Assembly (NCBI GenBank): GCA_964358855.1
Contig: CAYHQQ010000011.1
Location: 11,546-75,545 of the forward strand
Direction of reading: 5' to 3'
Origin: an uncultured Phycisphaeraceae bacterium
GTDB lineage: Bacteria > Planctomycetota > Phycisphaerae > Phycisphaerales > UBA1924
DNA: 64,000 nt
Below are positions 53,418-61,851 of the stretch, one piece after another; the stretch's first letter is position 1; the number at the start of each line of letters is the position of its first letter. The notes below the pieces were generated by a model that made no database searches, had not been told where the DNA came from, and saw only the letters and a program-made list of their open reading frames with translations. The position numbers and the translations under genes are program-made.

Positions 53418-54623
53418 TCACCGGGGGACGGGCATGATGCCGGCGAACTCCTCGATGGCGTCGGCGGCGCGGGCGGCGGCGCCGCCGGCCATGAGCGGGG
53501 CCATGACCTGGCGGAGATCGGTGCGCTGACGCTCCATGAGCTCGGGCGAACGCAGGAGCGCGTCGGCCTCGCGGATGATCCGATCGGGGCCGCCAAAGTG
53601 CGGGACCAGCTCGACGATGATGCGACGCCGGGCCAGGATGTTGGGGAGGCTGAAGTGCTTTGTGGCGACGATGACGCGTCCGATGAAGAGGTAGAAAAGC
53701 AGGCTGCCACGCCGGTAGAAGACGATCATTGGTTTGGCCTGGCGAGCCACCTGCAGGGTCGTCGTGCCGCTCTTGACCAGGGCGAGGTCGCACCAGCGAA
53801 CGACGGCGTTGGTCTCGCCCATCACCATGCGAACATCGTCAGGCCAGCCGCCGTGGCGGGCGGCCAGGTCGCGAAGGGTTCGCTCGGCCTCGGGATGCGC
53901 GGCGGCGACAACCCCGGTGAGATCGGCGAAACGCTTCTTGAGCTCGCGGAAGGCTCCCAGGATGAGCGGGAAGTGTTGCTGGAGTTCGTCGGGGCGTGAG
54001 CCGGGGAACATCGCAAGACGTGGCTGGCCCACGGGGAATCCCGCGGTCTTGCGGTCGAGTTCGGCGGTGTCGAGCGGGCGGTCGAAGAAGGGGTGGCCGA
54101 TATAGCGGGCGGGGACGCGGCGTTTGGTGAAGAAACTGACCTCAAAGTCAAAGAGGCACAGGAGCATGTCGGTGTGGCGTCGCAGCTTGTTGATCCGCCA
54201 GCGTCCCCACGCCCAGATCTGCGGGGCGACAAGGTGGACGACGCGCAGCCCGCGCTTCTTGGTGATGTCGCAGATCGGGTCGTTGGCCCCGGGCGAATCG
54301 ACGGGCACGTGGAGCGCGACGGGGTGCTTCCTGATCCAGCGGCGGATGCGGGCCATCACTCGGAGGTGCTGGCGGATGCGCGAGAGCCCGGGCAGCCCCA
54401 TGACGGCCGAGTCGATGGTGCGCTCGACGATGTGCGCCCCGGCCGCCTCCATTTTGGGCCCGCCCCACGCGTAGATCGGCAGGGCGGGGTGGCGGCGCTT
54501 GAGCTCGGCGATGACGATCGAGGCGTGCTCGTCGCCGCTGGGTTCAAAGACGGTAAAGAGAATCGCCGGCCCGGTGGGGGGGAGATCGGTGGAGGGGGAC
54601 GGGCTGGAGGGACCGGACGGCAA
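53418..54623 (-). CDS. lpxB: lipid-A-disaccharide synthase
   Basis: ILFTVFEPSGDEHASIVIAELKRRHPALPIYAWGGPKM...PQIWAWGRWR...LVKSGTTTLQ is the LpxB pattern. Confidence 0.88.
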   Translation of the reverse strand: MPSGPSSPSPSTDLPPTGPAILFTVFEPSGDEHASIVIAELKRRHPALPIYAWGGPKMEAAGAHIVERTIDSAVMGLPGLSRIRQHLRVMARIRRWIRKHPVALHVPVDSPGANDPICDITKKRGLRVVHLVAPQIWAWGRWRINKLRRHTDMLLCLFDFEVSFFTKRRVPARYIGHPFFDRPLDTAELDRKTAGFPVGQPRLAMFPGSRPDELQQHFPLILGAFRELKKRFADLTGVVAAAHPEAERTLRDLAARHGGWPDDVRMVMGETNAVVRWCDLALVKSGTTTLQVARQAKPMIVFYRRGSLLFYLFIGRVIVATKHFSLPNILARRRIIVELVPHFGGPDRIIREADALLRSPELMERQRTDLRQVMAPLMAGGAAARAADAIEEFAGIMPVPR

Positions 54624-54738
54624 GAGTCTCCATTGTTGACGCCGACCCCTGCCACTTCTCGCCCTTGACCAATCCCCAACAAACTTTCACGTGCGAGAAG
54701 ATCGGTGTGAACGCCGGTTCGTGGGCCTACTTCGGAGC

Positions 54739-55866
54739 CTACTTCGGAGCCTTGTAGAACGGCATCGGCACGATCTTCGCGTCCAGAATCGCGCCCTTGC
54801 CCGTGTCGACCTGCACCGTCGTGCCGACATCGGTGTGCCCCTTGGCGACAAAGGCCATCGCGATCGATTTGCCCAAAGTCGGCGAGACACACCCCGAAGT
54901 GACGGTTCCAAGCTCGGTGGCGCCCGAGCGAACGCCCATGCCCTGGCGTGCGGCCCGCTTGCCATCAACCTCGAGCCCGACGAGCTTGTGCTTGGGCCCG
55001 CCCTCGAACTGCGTCTTCTTGAGCACGTCCATGCCGACAAAGGGCTCGCCCTTGGCGTCCTGGTCCTTGTCGAGGGAGATCGCGAAATCGACGCCGCAGG
55101 AGAGGGCGTTGATCCCCTCGCCAAGCTCGTGCCCGTAGAGAGGCATCGAGGCCTCGATGCGGAGCGTGTCACGACACCCGAGGCCCGCGGGTCTGAGAAT
55201 TGACGTCGGACTGGCGAGGTCGATGTCCTTGAGGAGCAGCTTGAGGGCCATGTCCACCGCGCTGGCGGGAAGGATCACCTCGACGCCGTCCTCGCCGGTG
55301 TAGCCGGTGCGGCTCACAATCAGCTTCATCACCAGCAGGTTCTTGACAGCGAAGCGATACCGCTTGAGCGTGGGGATCTCGGTTGAGAACTTGCCGATCA
55401 GGTCCATCATCCTGGGACCCTGGAAGGCGATCATGGCGGTCGAGTTGGTCTGATCGTCGATCTTGGTCGCCAGGTCGCCCGCCGATCGCACCTGCTCGAA
55501 GTGCTCGAGCAGCTTCTCGCGGTTGGAGGCGTTGACGACCACCAGAAAATCATCGTCGTCGAGGCGGTAGACGATCACATCGTCCCGCACGCCCCCCGCG
55601 GCGTTGCAGACCAGGCTGTAGCGGCACTGCCCGGCCTGCATGTCGGAGATGCGGCGTGTGCAGACTCGCTCGAGGAACCGGCGAGCGTGGCGCCCCGTCA
55701 CCTTCACGCGTCCCATGTGCGAGACGTCGAAGAGCCCGCCGCTGGTGCGGACCTGCTTGTGCTCGTCAAGGATGCCCGAGTAGTACAGGGGCATGTCCCA
55801 CCCTGCGAACTCGACCATGTGGCCCTTGTGCTCGAGATGGAACGGATGGAGCGGTGTACGCAGCAC
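54739..55866 (-). CDS. gcvT: glycine cleavage system aminomethyltransferase T
   Basis: TPLHPFHLEHKGHMVEFAGWDMPLYY...GGLFDVSHMGRV. Confidence 0.92.
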   Translation of the reverse strand: MLRTPLHPFHLEHKGHMVEFAGWDMPLYYSGILDEHKQVRTSGGLFDVSHMGRVKVTGRHARRFLERVCTRRISDMQAGQCRYSLVCNAAGGVRDDVIVYRLDDDDFLVVVNASNREKLLEHFEQVRSAGDLATKIDDQTNSTAMIAFQGPRMMDLIGKFSTEIPTLKRYRFAVKNLLVMKLIVSRTGYTGEDGVEVILPASAVDMALKLLLKDIDLASPTSILRPAGLGCRDTLRIEASMPLYGHELGEGINALSCGVDFAISLDKDQDAKGEPFVGMDVLKKTQFEGGPKHKLVGLEVDGKRAARQGMGVRSGATELGTVTSGCVSPTLGKSIAMAFVAKGHTDVGTTVQVDTGKGAILDAKIVPMPFYKAPK

Positions 55867-55893
55867 GTGAAACTCCTGGGGTGGAGTTCGAGT

Positions 55894-56496
55894 TTAGCGT
55901 GCTGAGGTCGGGGCAGCGAGGGGGTAGGCGGCACAATCGGCCAGGGCCTCGAGCATGTCCTCGGGCGTCTCCTCGATGACCAGCGCATCCTGCAAACGAA
56001 GCCGCAGGAACGCCTTGCGCTGGGCGTTGCGCAGGAACTCGATCAGATCGTCGAAGAATCCGTCGACGTTGAGCAGGCCGATGGGCCGGGTGTGGATCCC
56101 AAGCTGGGCCCAGGCGATGCACTCAAAGAGCTCGTCGAGCGTGCCGTAGCCGCCGGGGAGGGCGACAAACGCGTGCGAAAGATCGGCCATGACCATCTTG
56201 CGCTGGTGCATGGAATCGACGACTCGCATGTCGGCGACGCGGGGGTGGGCGAGCTCTCTGGTGACCAAAGAGTGTGTGATAACGCCGATGACCTTGCCCT
56301 TGGCCGCCATGGCCCCGTCGGCCAAGGCTCCCATCATGCCCGTGCCGCCGCCGCCGTAGACGATCGTCGTCCCTTGCTGAGCGGCGAGCGTGCCGAGCTG
56401 CGCCGCGGCCTCGACAAAGGCCTTGCCCGAGCCGGGGGCGGCGCCGCAATAGACACAAAGCGAAGCGATCGGTGCTGGCTGGGGGTTGTCGCTCAC
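55894..56496 (-). CDS. LOG-family (TIGR00730) nucleotide 5'-monophosphate nucleosidase
   Basis: VYCGAAPG...IVYGGGGTGMMGALA...PGGYGTLDELFE. GTG 56496 overlaps the upstream stop as GTGA. Confidence 0.85.
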   Translation of the reverse strand: MSDNPQPAPIASLCVYCGAAPGSGKAFVEAAAQLGTLAAQQGTTIVYGGGGTGMMGALADGAMAAKGKVIGVITHSLVTRELAHPRVADMRVVDSMHQRKMVMADLSHAFVALPGGYGTLDELFECIAWAQLGIHTRPIGLLNVDGFFDDLIEFLRNAQRKAFLRLRLQDALVIEETPEDMLEALADCAAYPLAAPTSAR

Positions 56497-56882
56497 GCGT
56501 CGCCCGCCGAATCGGTGAACGTGGACGAATCGGCGAGCGGGCCCGAGCCGGGCATGGCCTTGCGTTCGGCCGGATCGACGACGTACCACTGATTGATCGA
56601 GCCGCAGGACTTGCAGATGACGCCGTAGGTCCCGGGCTTCTCGCCCGCAAGGCCTTCGCCGCAGCGGAGGCAGGTCAGCGTGTCGGTGTGCAGGCGGCTT
56701 GCGATGGTGTTCACCGCCGTGGCGGCGGCCAAGACCGCGATCCCGACGATCGGCCAGGTCGGGATGGTGGTGAGACTGATCGCCACAACCGCCGCGACGG
56801 CGATTCCGACAACCCAGACCAAAGCTCGCCGGCGGATGCGGCTGAACCAGTCTCGGGCGATTTGAACAGGCCTGTCACGCAT
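56493..56882 (-). CDS. small membrane protein with C-terminal zinc-ribbon (CxxC...CxxC)
   Basis: Trimmed to ATG 56882. Two TM helices, then CLRCGEGL...CKSCGS. Confidence 0.6.
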   Translation of the reverse strand: MRDRPVQIARDWFSRIRRRALVWVVGIAVAAVVAISLTTIPTWPIVGIAVLAAATAVNTIASRLHTDTLTCLRCGEGLAGEKPGTYGVICKSCGSINQWYVVDPAERKAMPGSGPLADSSTFTDSAGDA

Positions 56883-57000
56883 AGGTGTGAAACGGTAGCA
56901 GGGGTTTGCACTTGGGAGGAGTCGAAGGCGGTTCCTGGGGTCTAAATAGGGACTTCCCGAGCGGAACGGAGCAATTTCCTTGCTCGCAGCACAAACCCGA

Positions 57001-57020
57001 CTCGCTGACGCTTTGGGCTT
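57001..57020 (+). repeat. REP-like motif, copy R4 (CTCGCTGACGCTTTGGGCTT)
   Basis: Flanked by ACAAACCCGA...TTGGGCTTGTTT, which can pair. Abuts the citrate synthase stop codon (57023-57025). Confidence 0.55.
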
Positions 57021-57022
57021 GT

Positions 57023-58195
57023 TTAGCCGTTCCACTTCCGGGGGGATTCGCCCGTGTAGAGGCTCAGGGGGCGGATGATGCGGTTGTTGGCGTGCTGTTC
57101 CATGATGTGGGCACACCAGCCGCTCACACGGGAGGCCACGAAGATCGGGGTGTACTGGGGCACTGGGATGCCCATCGTGAAGTACGTCATGCCGCAGGGG
57201 AAATCGACGTTGGGGTGGATCTTCTTGTCGCGGAGCATGATCGCCTCGACCTCGTCGCCGATCTCAAACCAGCGGAGGAAATCCTTGCCCTTGGCGGTCG
57301 CGAGTGTGCGGCCCAGCTTGTTGAGGATCGGAGCCCGGTGGTCGCCGTTCTTGTAGACGCGGTGCCCGAAGCCCATGAGCTTGCGCTTGGTGACGAAGGC
57401 GTTCTGCATGAAGTCGTTGACCGAGCCCTTGCCGGCCTCGACGTAGGTGCGGATTTCTTTGAGCATTTCCATGGCGGCCTCGTTGGCCCCGCCGTGGAGC
57501 GGGCCCTTGAGGGCCGCGATGCCACCGGCGACCGCCCCGTGCATGTCGCTGAGCGTGCCGGCGATCACGCGGGACGCAAAGGTCGAGGCGTTGAAGTCGT
57601 GTTCGGCGTACAGGATCAGCGAGACATCGACGACGTGGGCCATCTGGTCGGTGGGCTTCTCGCCCGACATGAGGTAGAGCAGGTTGGCCGCGTGGGAGAG
57701 CTTGGCATCGCCGCCGGTCGCCTGGGCGACGATCGCCCGCCCGTCGATGACGTTCTGCATATGCCCGATGATGGTGGGGACCTTGGCGAGCAGCCGCTTG
57801 GACTTGCGGAGGTTCGCGTCGGCCGAAACGCTCTGGGCGTCCTTGTCCAGGTGCCCCAGAATGCTCACAGCCGTCCGCAGCACATCCATGGGGACCGCCG
57901 AACCAGCCTTGAGCCAAGGGCCTGACGCCTTGAGGAAGTCGACGACAGGAGTGGGGAGGGCTCGCTCGGAAACCAGCTCGGCGGTGAACGCCGCGAGCTC
58001 GGCAGCGGTGGGCTTGTGCCCGATCAGGAGGACGTGGGCGACTTCTTCGAAAGTCGCATTGGCGGCCAGGTCGTGGATCTCATACCCGCGGTACCAGAGG
58101 CCACCCTGCTCGATCGAACAAATGGAGGTCTCGCCGGCGATGATGCCCTCGAGTCCCTTGGCGAAATTGGCGGCGGCGGCGGTCTGATCGGCCAT
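57023..58195 (-). CDS. citrate synthase family (citrate or 2-methylcitrate synthase)
   Basis: GLEGIIAGETSI, GPLHGGANE and GFGHRVYKNGDHRA. Confidence 0.9.
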   Translation of the reverse strand: MADQTAAAANFAKGLEGIIAGETSICSIEQGGLWYRGYEIHDLAANATFEEVAHVLLIGHKPTAAELAAFTAELVSERALPTPVVDFLKASGPWLKAGSAVPMDVLRTAVSILGHLDKDAQSVSADANLRKSKRLLAKVPTIIGHMQNVIDGRAIVAQATGGDAKLSHAANLLYLMSGEKPTDQMAHVVDVSLILYAEHDFNASTFASRVIAGTLSDMHGAVAGGIAALKGPLHGGANEAAMEMLKEIRTYVEAGKGSVNDFMQNAFVTKRKLMGFGHRVYKNGDHRAPILNKLGRTLATAKGKDFLRWFEIGDEVEAIMLRDKKIHPNVDFPCGMTYFTMGIPVPQYTPIFVASRVSGWCAHIMEQHANNRIIRPLSLYTGESPRKWNG

Positions 58196-58245
58196 GTCGG
58201 TTTCCTTGTGTTGCCCGGAAGCGGTTTGCGGCCACTATAGGTCGC

Positions 58246-58296
58246 GTGCTGCGTGCTCAGTGCTGCGTGCTGCGGAAATGACGCAGCACCCAGCAC
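58246..58296. repeat. direct repeat GTGCTGCGTGCT x2 plus complementary arm (13/14-bp hairpin with an alternative pairing partner)
   Basis: 58246-58257 and 58260-58271 are identical. 58260-58273 pairs with 58283-58296 (GCAGCACCCAGCAC). Lies between the methyltransferase stop and the citrate synthase start. Confidence 0.6.
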
Positions 58297-58341
58297 GTTG
58301 CGTTTGTGCTCCCCGCCTTGCGTCAGTCTTTCAGGTCGGTC

Positions 58342-59124
58342 TCACTTTCGAGCCGCAATGTACACGACCCAATCCTCATCGAGCCCCTCCCCGGGCCCAA
58401 CGGGCCGCACGTAGAGCCGCCCGTCACCGTCGATGGCATCGCCCAGCCGGTCATAGACCTCGACCTTGGCGAATCCGGCCTCGTGCATCACGTCGGTGAG
58501 CTCGGGGATCGACCAAAGCCGCCAGTGGTAGACAAAGGCGTCGCGATGAATCTCCGCCCGTGCCTGGCCCTTGCGGGTGACGCGGAAGCTCAGCGTGTCG
58601 GTGACCAGACCCGAAATTGGATCGGCCTCGACTTGGCGCCATGTGTACTCGACACGCTCGCCGGTGGAGGCCCTGAAGGTACGGCGAGTAGCGGTGGGGG
58701 AGGTGAAGGCGCTGCGGCCGCCGTACATGTCGCAGACGAAGATTCCGCGAGGATTGAGAGATGACTTGGCCGTACGGAGATACGCGACCAGTTCCTCGCG
58801 CGTGTGCCAATACCCGATCGGGAAATTCGTGGCCGAGATGATGTCGGCCTTGGCCTTGCACCGGGCGGCGTCGGAGGCGATCGTCCGTACGCCGGGGCCT
58901 TTTGCCTTTTTCAACACCCTCGCGTCGTTGTCGACGGCGATGGCTCGCCGCTTCGGTCCGGCTGTCGCCCAGTAGCGAGCCACCGCCCCCGACCCGCAGA
59001 AATCCTCGCGGAGTGTGAGTGGGGGCCTTGGAGACTTTCGCGTGCCCCCATGCACGGCGGCCAGAAATCTCGTCAGCCGCGGCGGGTCGGTCACACAGAG
59101 TTCGTAGAGCTGATAGCGATCCAT
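58342..59124 (-). CDS. class I SAM-dependent methyltransferase
   Basis: Trimmed to ATG 59124 (MDRYQLYE). LREDFCGSGAV...AIAVDND is SAM motif I and post-I. Confidence 0.8.
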   Translation of the reverse strand: MDRYQLYELCVTDPPRLTRFLAAVHGGTRKSPRPPLTLREDFCGSGAVARYWATAGPKRRAIAVDNDARVLKKAKGPGVRTIASDAARCKAKADIISATNFPIGYWHTREELVAYLRTAKSSLNPRGIFVCDMYGGRSAFTSPTATRRTFRASTGERVEYTWRQVEADPISGLVTDTLSFRVTRKGQARAEIHRDAFVYHWRLWSIPELTDVMHEAGFAKVEVYDRLGDAIDGDGRLYVRPVGPGEGLDEDWVVYIAARK

Positions 59125-59145
59125 CACCGATGGTACGATTCGCCG

Positions 59146-59658
59146 ATGTCGACCGGCTCGCCCCCTTTCACCATCCTGTCCGCCGCATTCCCAGCCGATC
59201 TGGCGGCGGTGGTCGAGCTCTTTCGTGCGTACGCAACTTCGCTCCCCTTCTCGCTGGAGTACCAGGGATTCGACAAAGAGGTCGCGACGCTCCCAGGCAA
59301 GTACGCCAGGCCGGGCGGCGAGGTGCTCATCGCGTGGATGGGCAAACAGCCCGTTGGCTGCGTCGCTCTTCGCCCCCTTCCCCCACACGCCGGCGAACTC
59401 GAGCCCAAGGGCGGCTTCTGCGAGATGAAGCGATTCTTCGTCTCCCCAGCCGCCAGAGGGCAAGGTGTCGGCAAGGCCCTGGCCCAGGCGATCATCGACG
59501 TTGCCAAGGCCGCCGGCTATGGCATCATGCGCCTGGACACCTCTGCCGACATGCACCCGGCCCAGCACGTCTACGAGGCGGTCGGCTTCAAACTCGCCCC
59601 CCGCTACAACGACGACCCCGACCCGACGACGGTGTACTACGAGCGATCACTGGCCTGA
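59146..59658 (+). CDS. GNAT-family N-acetyltransferase
   Basis: Trimmed to ATG 59146. MKRFFVSPAARGQGVGKALAQAII is acetyl-CoA motif A. Confidence 0.85.
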   Translation: MSTGSPPFTILSAAFPADLAAVVELFRAYATSLPFSLEYQGFDKEVATLPGKYARPGGEVLIAWMGKQPVGCVALRPLPPHAGELEPKGGFCEMKRFFVSPAARGQGVGKALAQAIIDVAKAAGYGIMRLDTSADMHPAQHVYEAVGFKLAPRYNDDPDPTTVYYERSLA

Positions 59659-59756
59659 GACGCTCTTTGGGTCCGAGAAACTTCCGCCCTGCCCCCTCCG
59701 AAAGCCTCGCCAAAAGGGAACGTTGGCGGTATGCTGCCGACCTGAGGAGTATGACC

Positions 59757-61343
59757 ATGAAGCGGACCAGTCGCGTGCTTGCGTTCCTGATCATGTTGTG
59801 CCTTGCCGGCGTTGCAAGGCCGTGCTTGGCTCAGACGAGCAGCTCGATCACGTATCAAGGAGCGCTCGCCGCGGCCGGAACAGCGCTCGACGGCACCGCC
59901 GACCTGCGGTTCCGCCTCTACGCCGGCGCAACCGGCGGCACGCAACTGGGCCAAGAGCTCGCCGCCTCGGGCATGACCGTGACCAAGGGTCTGTTCACCG
60001 TGTCCCTCGACTTCGGGCAGGCATTCAACGCCGGTCAGCCGCGGTGGCTTGAGATCGATGTCCGCTCACCCGCCGGCAGTGGTTCATTCACAACACTCGC
60101 GCCCCGCCAACACTTGAGCGCCGCCCCCCTGGCGCAAGGCATCGTCGGCATTCCAATCACCTTCTCCCCGGTGCTCGACCAAGACCAAGCCGGAACTTTC
60201 AACGACGGGTTCATCGTCGAAAACTACCAACCTTGCTGGCAGTCGTTCACCGCCGGCAAGAGTGGTGTCCTCGATCGAATGGAGGTCTACCAGGCTGCCT
60301 TTTACGGCGCCCTCACGGCCACGTTGCACTCCGGGCTAGGCCTTTCCGGCCCCATTCTTGAGACGGTTGTCGTTGCGAATCCCGCCGACGTGACCGCCAT
60401 CCACTTTTCGAGCGTCACTGTGAACGCGGGGTCGATCTACACGATTGAATTCCGCGGTTACGTCGGATTGATGACCGTCAGTGCGAGCATTCCTGGAGCC
60501 GTTGGACACGCCGATACCAACACGGTGAACTGGTGGTTTAGGACCTACGTCGATTCGAGTGCCCACATTGACGCGACCGTGACCACCGCGGCCAGTGTTG
60601 CCTGGTCCGGCGTCACGGGCGTGCCTGCAAACGTGAGTGGGGCGTTCTCGCCCTGGTCGCCCAGCGGCGCCGGCATCGGCTACAACGGCGATGTCGGAAT
60701 CGGCAGCACCCCGCCGCAGTCCAGGCTCCATGTCTCGGGCGGCAACATTCAGCTCGACACGAACCAGAACCTGCAGTTTGGGGGAAGCAGCGAGAACGGC
60801 GACCTGCTCTCCCTTTACCGTTGGAACTATGCCGGCGGCCAGTCGGTCCTCTCGCTCAACCTGGGAAACCCCGCCAACGGAAACGACGCCTTCCTCATCC
60901 AGAGCTCGAGCGGCACGACCCTCTTCCAGTTCAACACCCAGTCCGGCGGCCAGGCGCTCAAGAGCGGCGGCGGATCGTGGGGTGTCCTCTCCGACGCCCG
61001 CGCCAAGCACGACATCAAGCCGCTCGATGGCTCGCTCGATCGCCTCTTGAAGCTCAAGGGCCGCAGCTACTACTACAACGACCCCACGGCCCTGGGTGCC
61101 GGCGAAGGACTCCGCACGGGCTTTGTCGCTCAGGAGGCCGAGCAGGTCTTCCCCGAGTGGATCGCCGAGAGTGGGGGCCTCAAGACCATCAACGTCACCG
61201 GCTTTGAGGCCCTGACCGTTGAGGCCCTCCGCGACCTGCGGAGTGAGACGGACAAGCAGATCGACCAACTCAAGGCGGAGAATGCGGAGCTCAAGGCGAG
61301 GCTGGATCGGCTGGAGGCGGCGATGCTGAAGGCGGCGAAGTAG
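59757..61343 (+). CDS. secreted tail-fibre-like protein with C-terminal intramolecular chaperone (peptidase S74) domain
   Basis: ATG 59757 (GAGGAG 7 nt upstream; ATG 59751 is possible) with a signal peptide ending CLAQ. The C-terminus (LSDARAKHDIKPL...LKLKGRSYYY...GFVAQEAEQVFPEWI, then a coiled coil) matches the endosialidase/tail-fibre chaperone domain. Confidence 0.8.
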   Translation: MKRTSRVLAFLIMLCLAGVARPCLAQTSSSITYQGALAAAGTALDGTADLRFRLYAGATGGTQLGQELAASGMTVTKGLFTVSLDFGQAFNAGQPRWLEIDVRSPAGSGSFTTLAPRQHLSAAPLAQGIVGIPITFSPVLDQDQAGTFNDGFIVENYQPCWQSFTAGKSGVLDRMEVYQAAFYGALTATLHSGLGLSGPILETVVVANPADVTAIHFSSVTVNAGSIYTIEFRGYVGLMTVSASIPGAVGHADTNTVNWWFRTYVDSSAHIDATVTTAASVAWSGVTGVPANVSGAFSPWSPSGAGIGYNGDVGIGSTPPQSRLHVSGGNIQLDTNQNLQFGGSSENGDLLSLYRWNYAGGQSVLSLNLGNPANGNDAFLIQSSSGTTLFQFNTQSGGQALKSGGGSWGVLSDARAKHDIKPLDGSLDRLLKLKGRSYYYNDPTALGAGEGLRTGFVAQEAEQVFPEWIAESGGLKTINVTGFEALTVEALRDLRSETDKQIDQLKAENAELKARLDRLEAAMLKAAK

Positions 61344-61362
61344 TTGAAACTCTGGAGGGTTC

Positions 61363-61833
61363 ATGGAGCCGATCTATTTCTCCGAAATGTTCCTAGCTTC
61401 GGAGGGAAAGAGCTTTGAGTACAAGGGGCGACTGGTCTCCATCGCGGGCGAGATGCCAGTCAACGACGGAGATCGCCTGTGGGTCCAGATCGAACGGATC
61501 GGAAGCCCGATTCTGCAAGGGATTCACATCATGTCCCGGCCCAAAGGCGTGATTGAATGCAACGGTGTTCGATCGAAGCCTGGAAAGCCCTTTGGCTTAT
61601 GGGCTGACACGATGCCGCCGGGCGGAATCGAGGTCAAGATGGTGAAGGGATGCACTACAATTCGTGCTCTCGGCACAAGCGATCGAGACCGAGTGACGGA
61701 ATGGGGGGTCATGAACCACGGCAGGGCAGTTGTGGTCGAGACGATCGAGAACGGGTTCCGGTGCTACTGCAGTGACTGCGAACCCGACGACGACCTCGAC
61801 GACCTAGTGTTCACGGTGACAAAGCTCTGCTAA
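61363..61833 (+). CDS. hypothetical protein (156 aa), compositionally atypical
   Basis: Starts 20 nt after the tail-fibre-like gene. Visibly lower GC and weaker GC3 bias than its neighbours. The Cys-containing C-terminus is CYCSDCEPDDD. No family recognised. Confidence 0.55.
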   Translation: MEPIYFSEMFLASEGKSFEYKGRLVSIAGEMPVNDGDRLWVQIERIGSPILQGIHIMSRPKGVIECNGVRSKPGKPFGLWADTMPPGGIEVKMVKGCTTIRALGTSDRDRVTEWGVMNHGRAVVVETIENGFRCYCSDCEPDDDLDDLVFTVTKLC

Positions 61834-61851
61834 CGCCGGGGACTCGAAACT

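Noticed and set aside
59757-61343. A prophage or tailocin inferred from the tail-fibre-like gene.
   Set aside because: No capsid, portal, terminase, sheath, baseplate, lysis or integrase gene lies within about 10 kb to the left or 2.7 kb to the right. Stand-alone S74-domain proteins are common in bacterial genomes.
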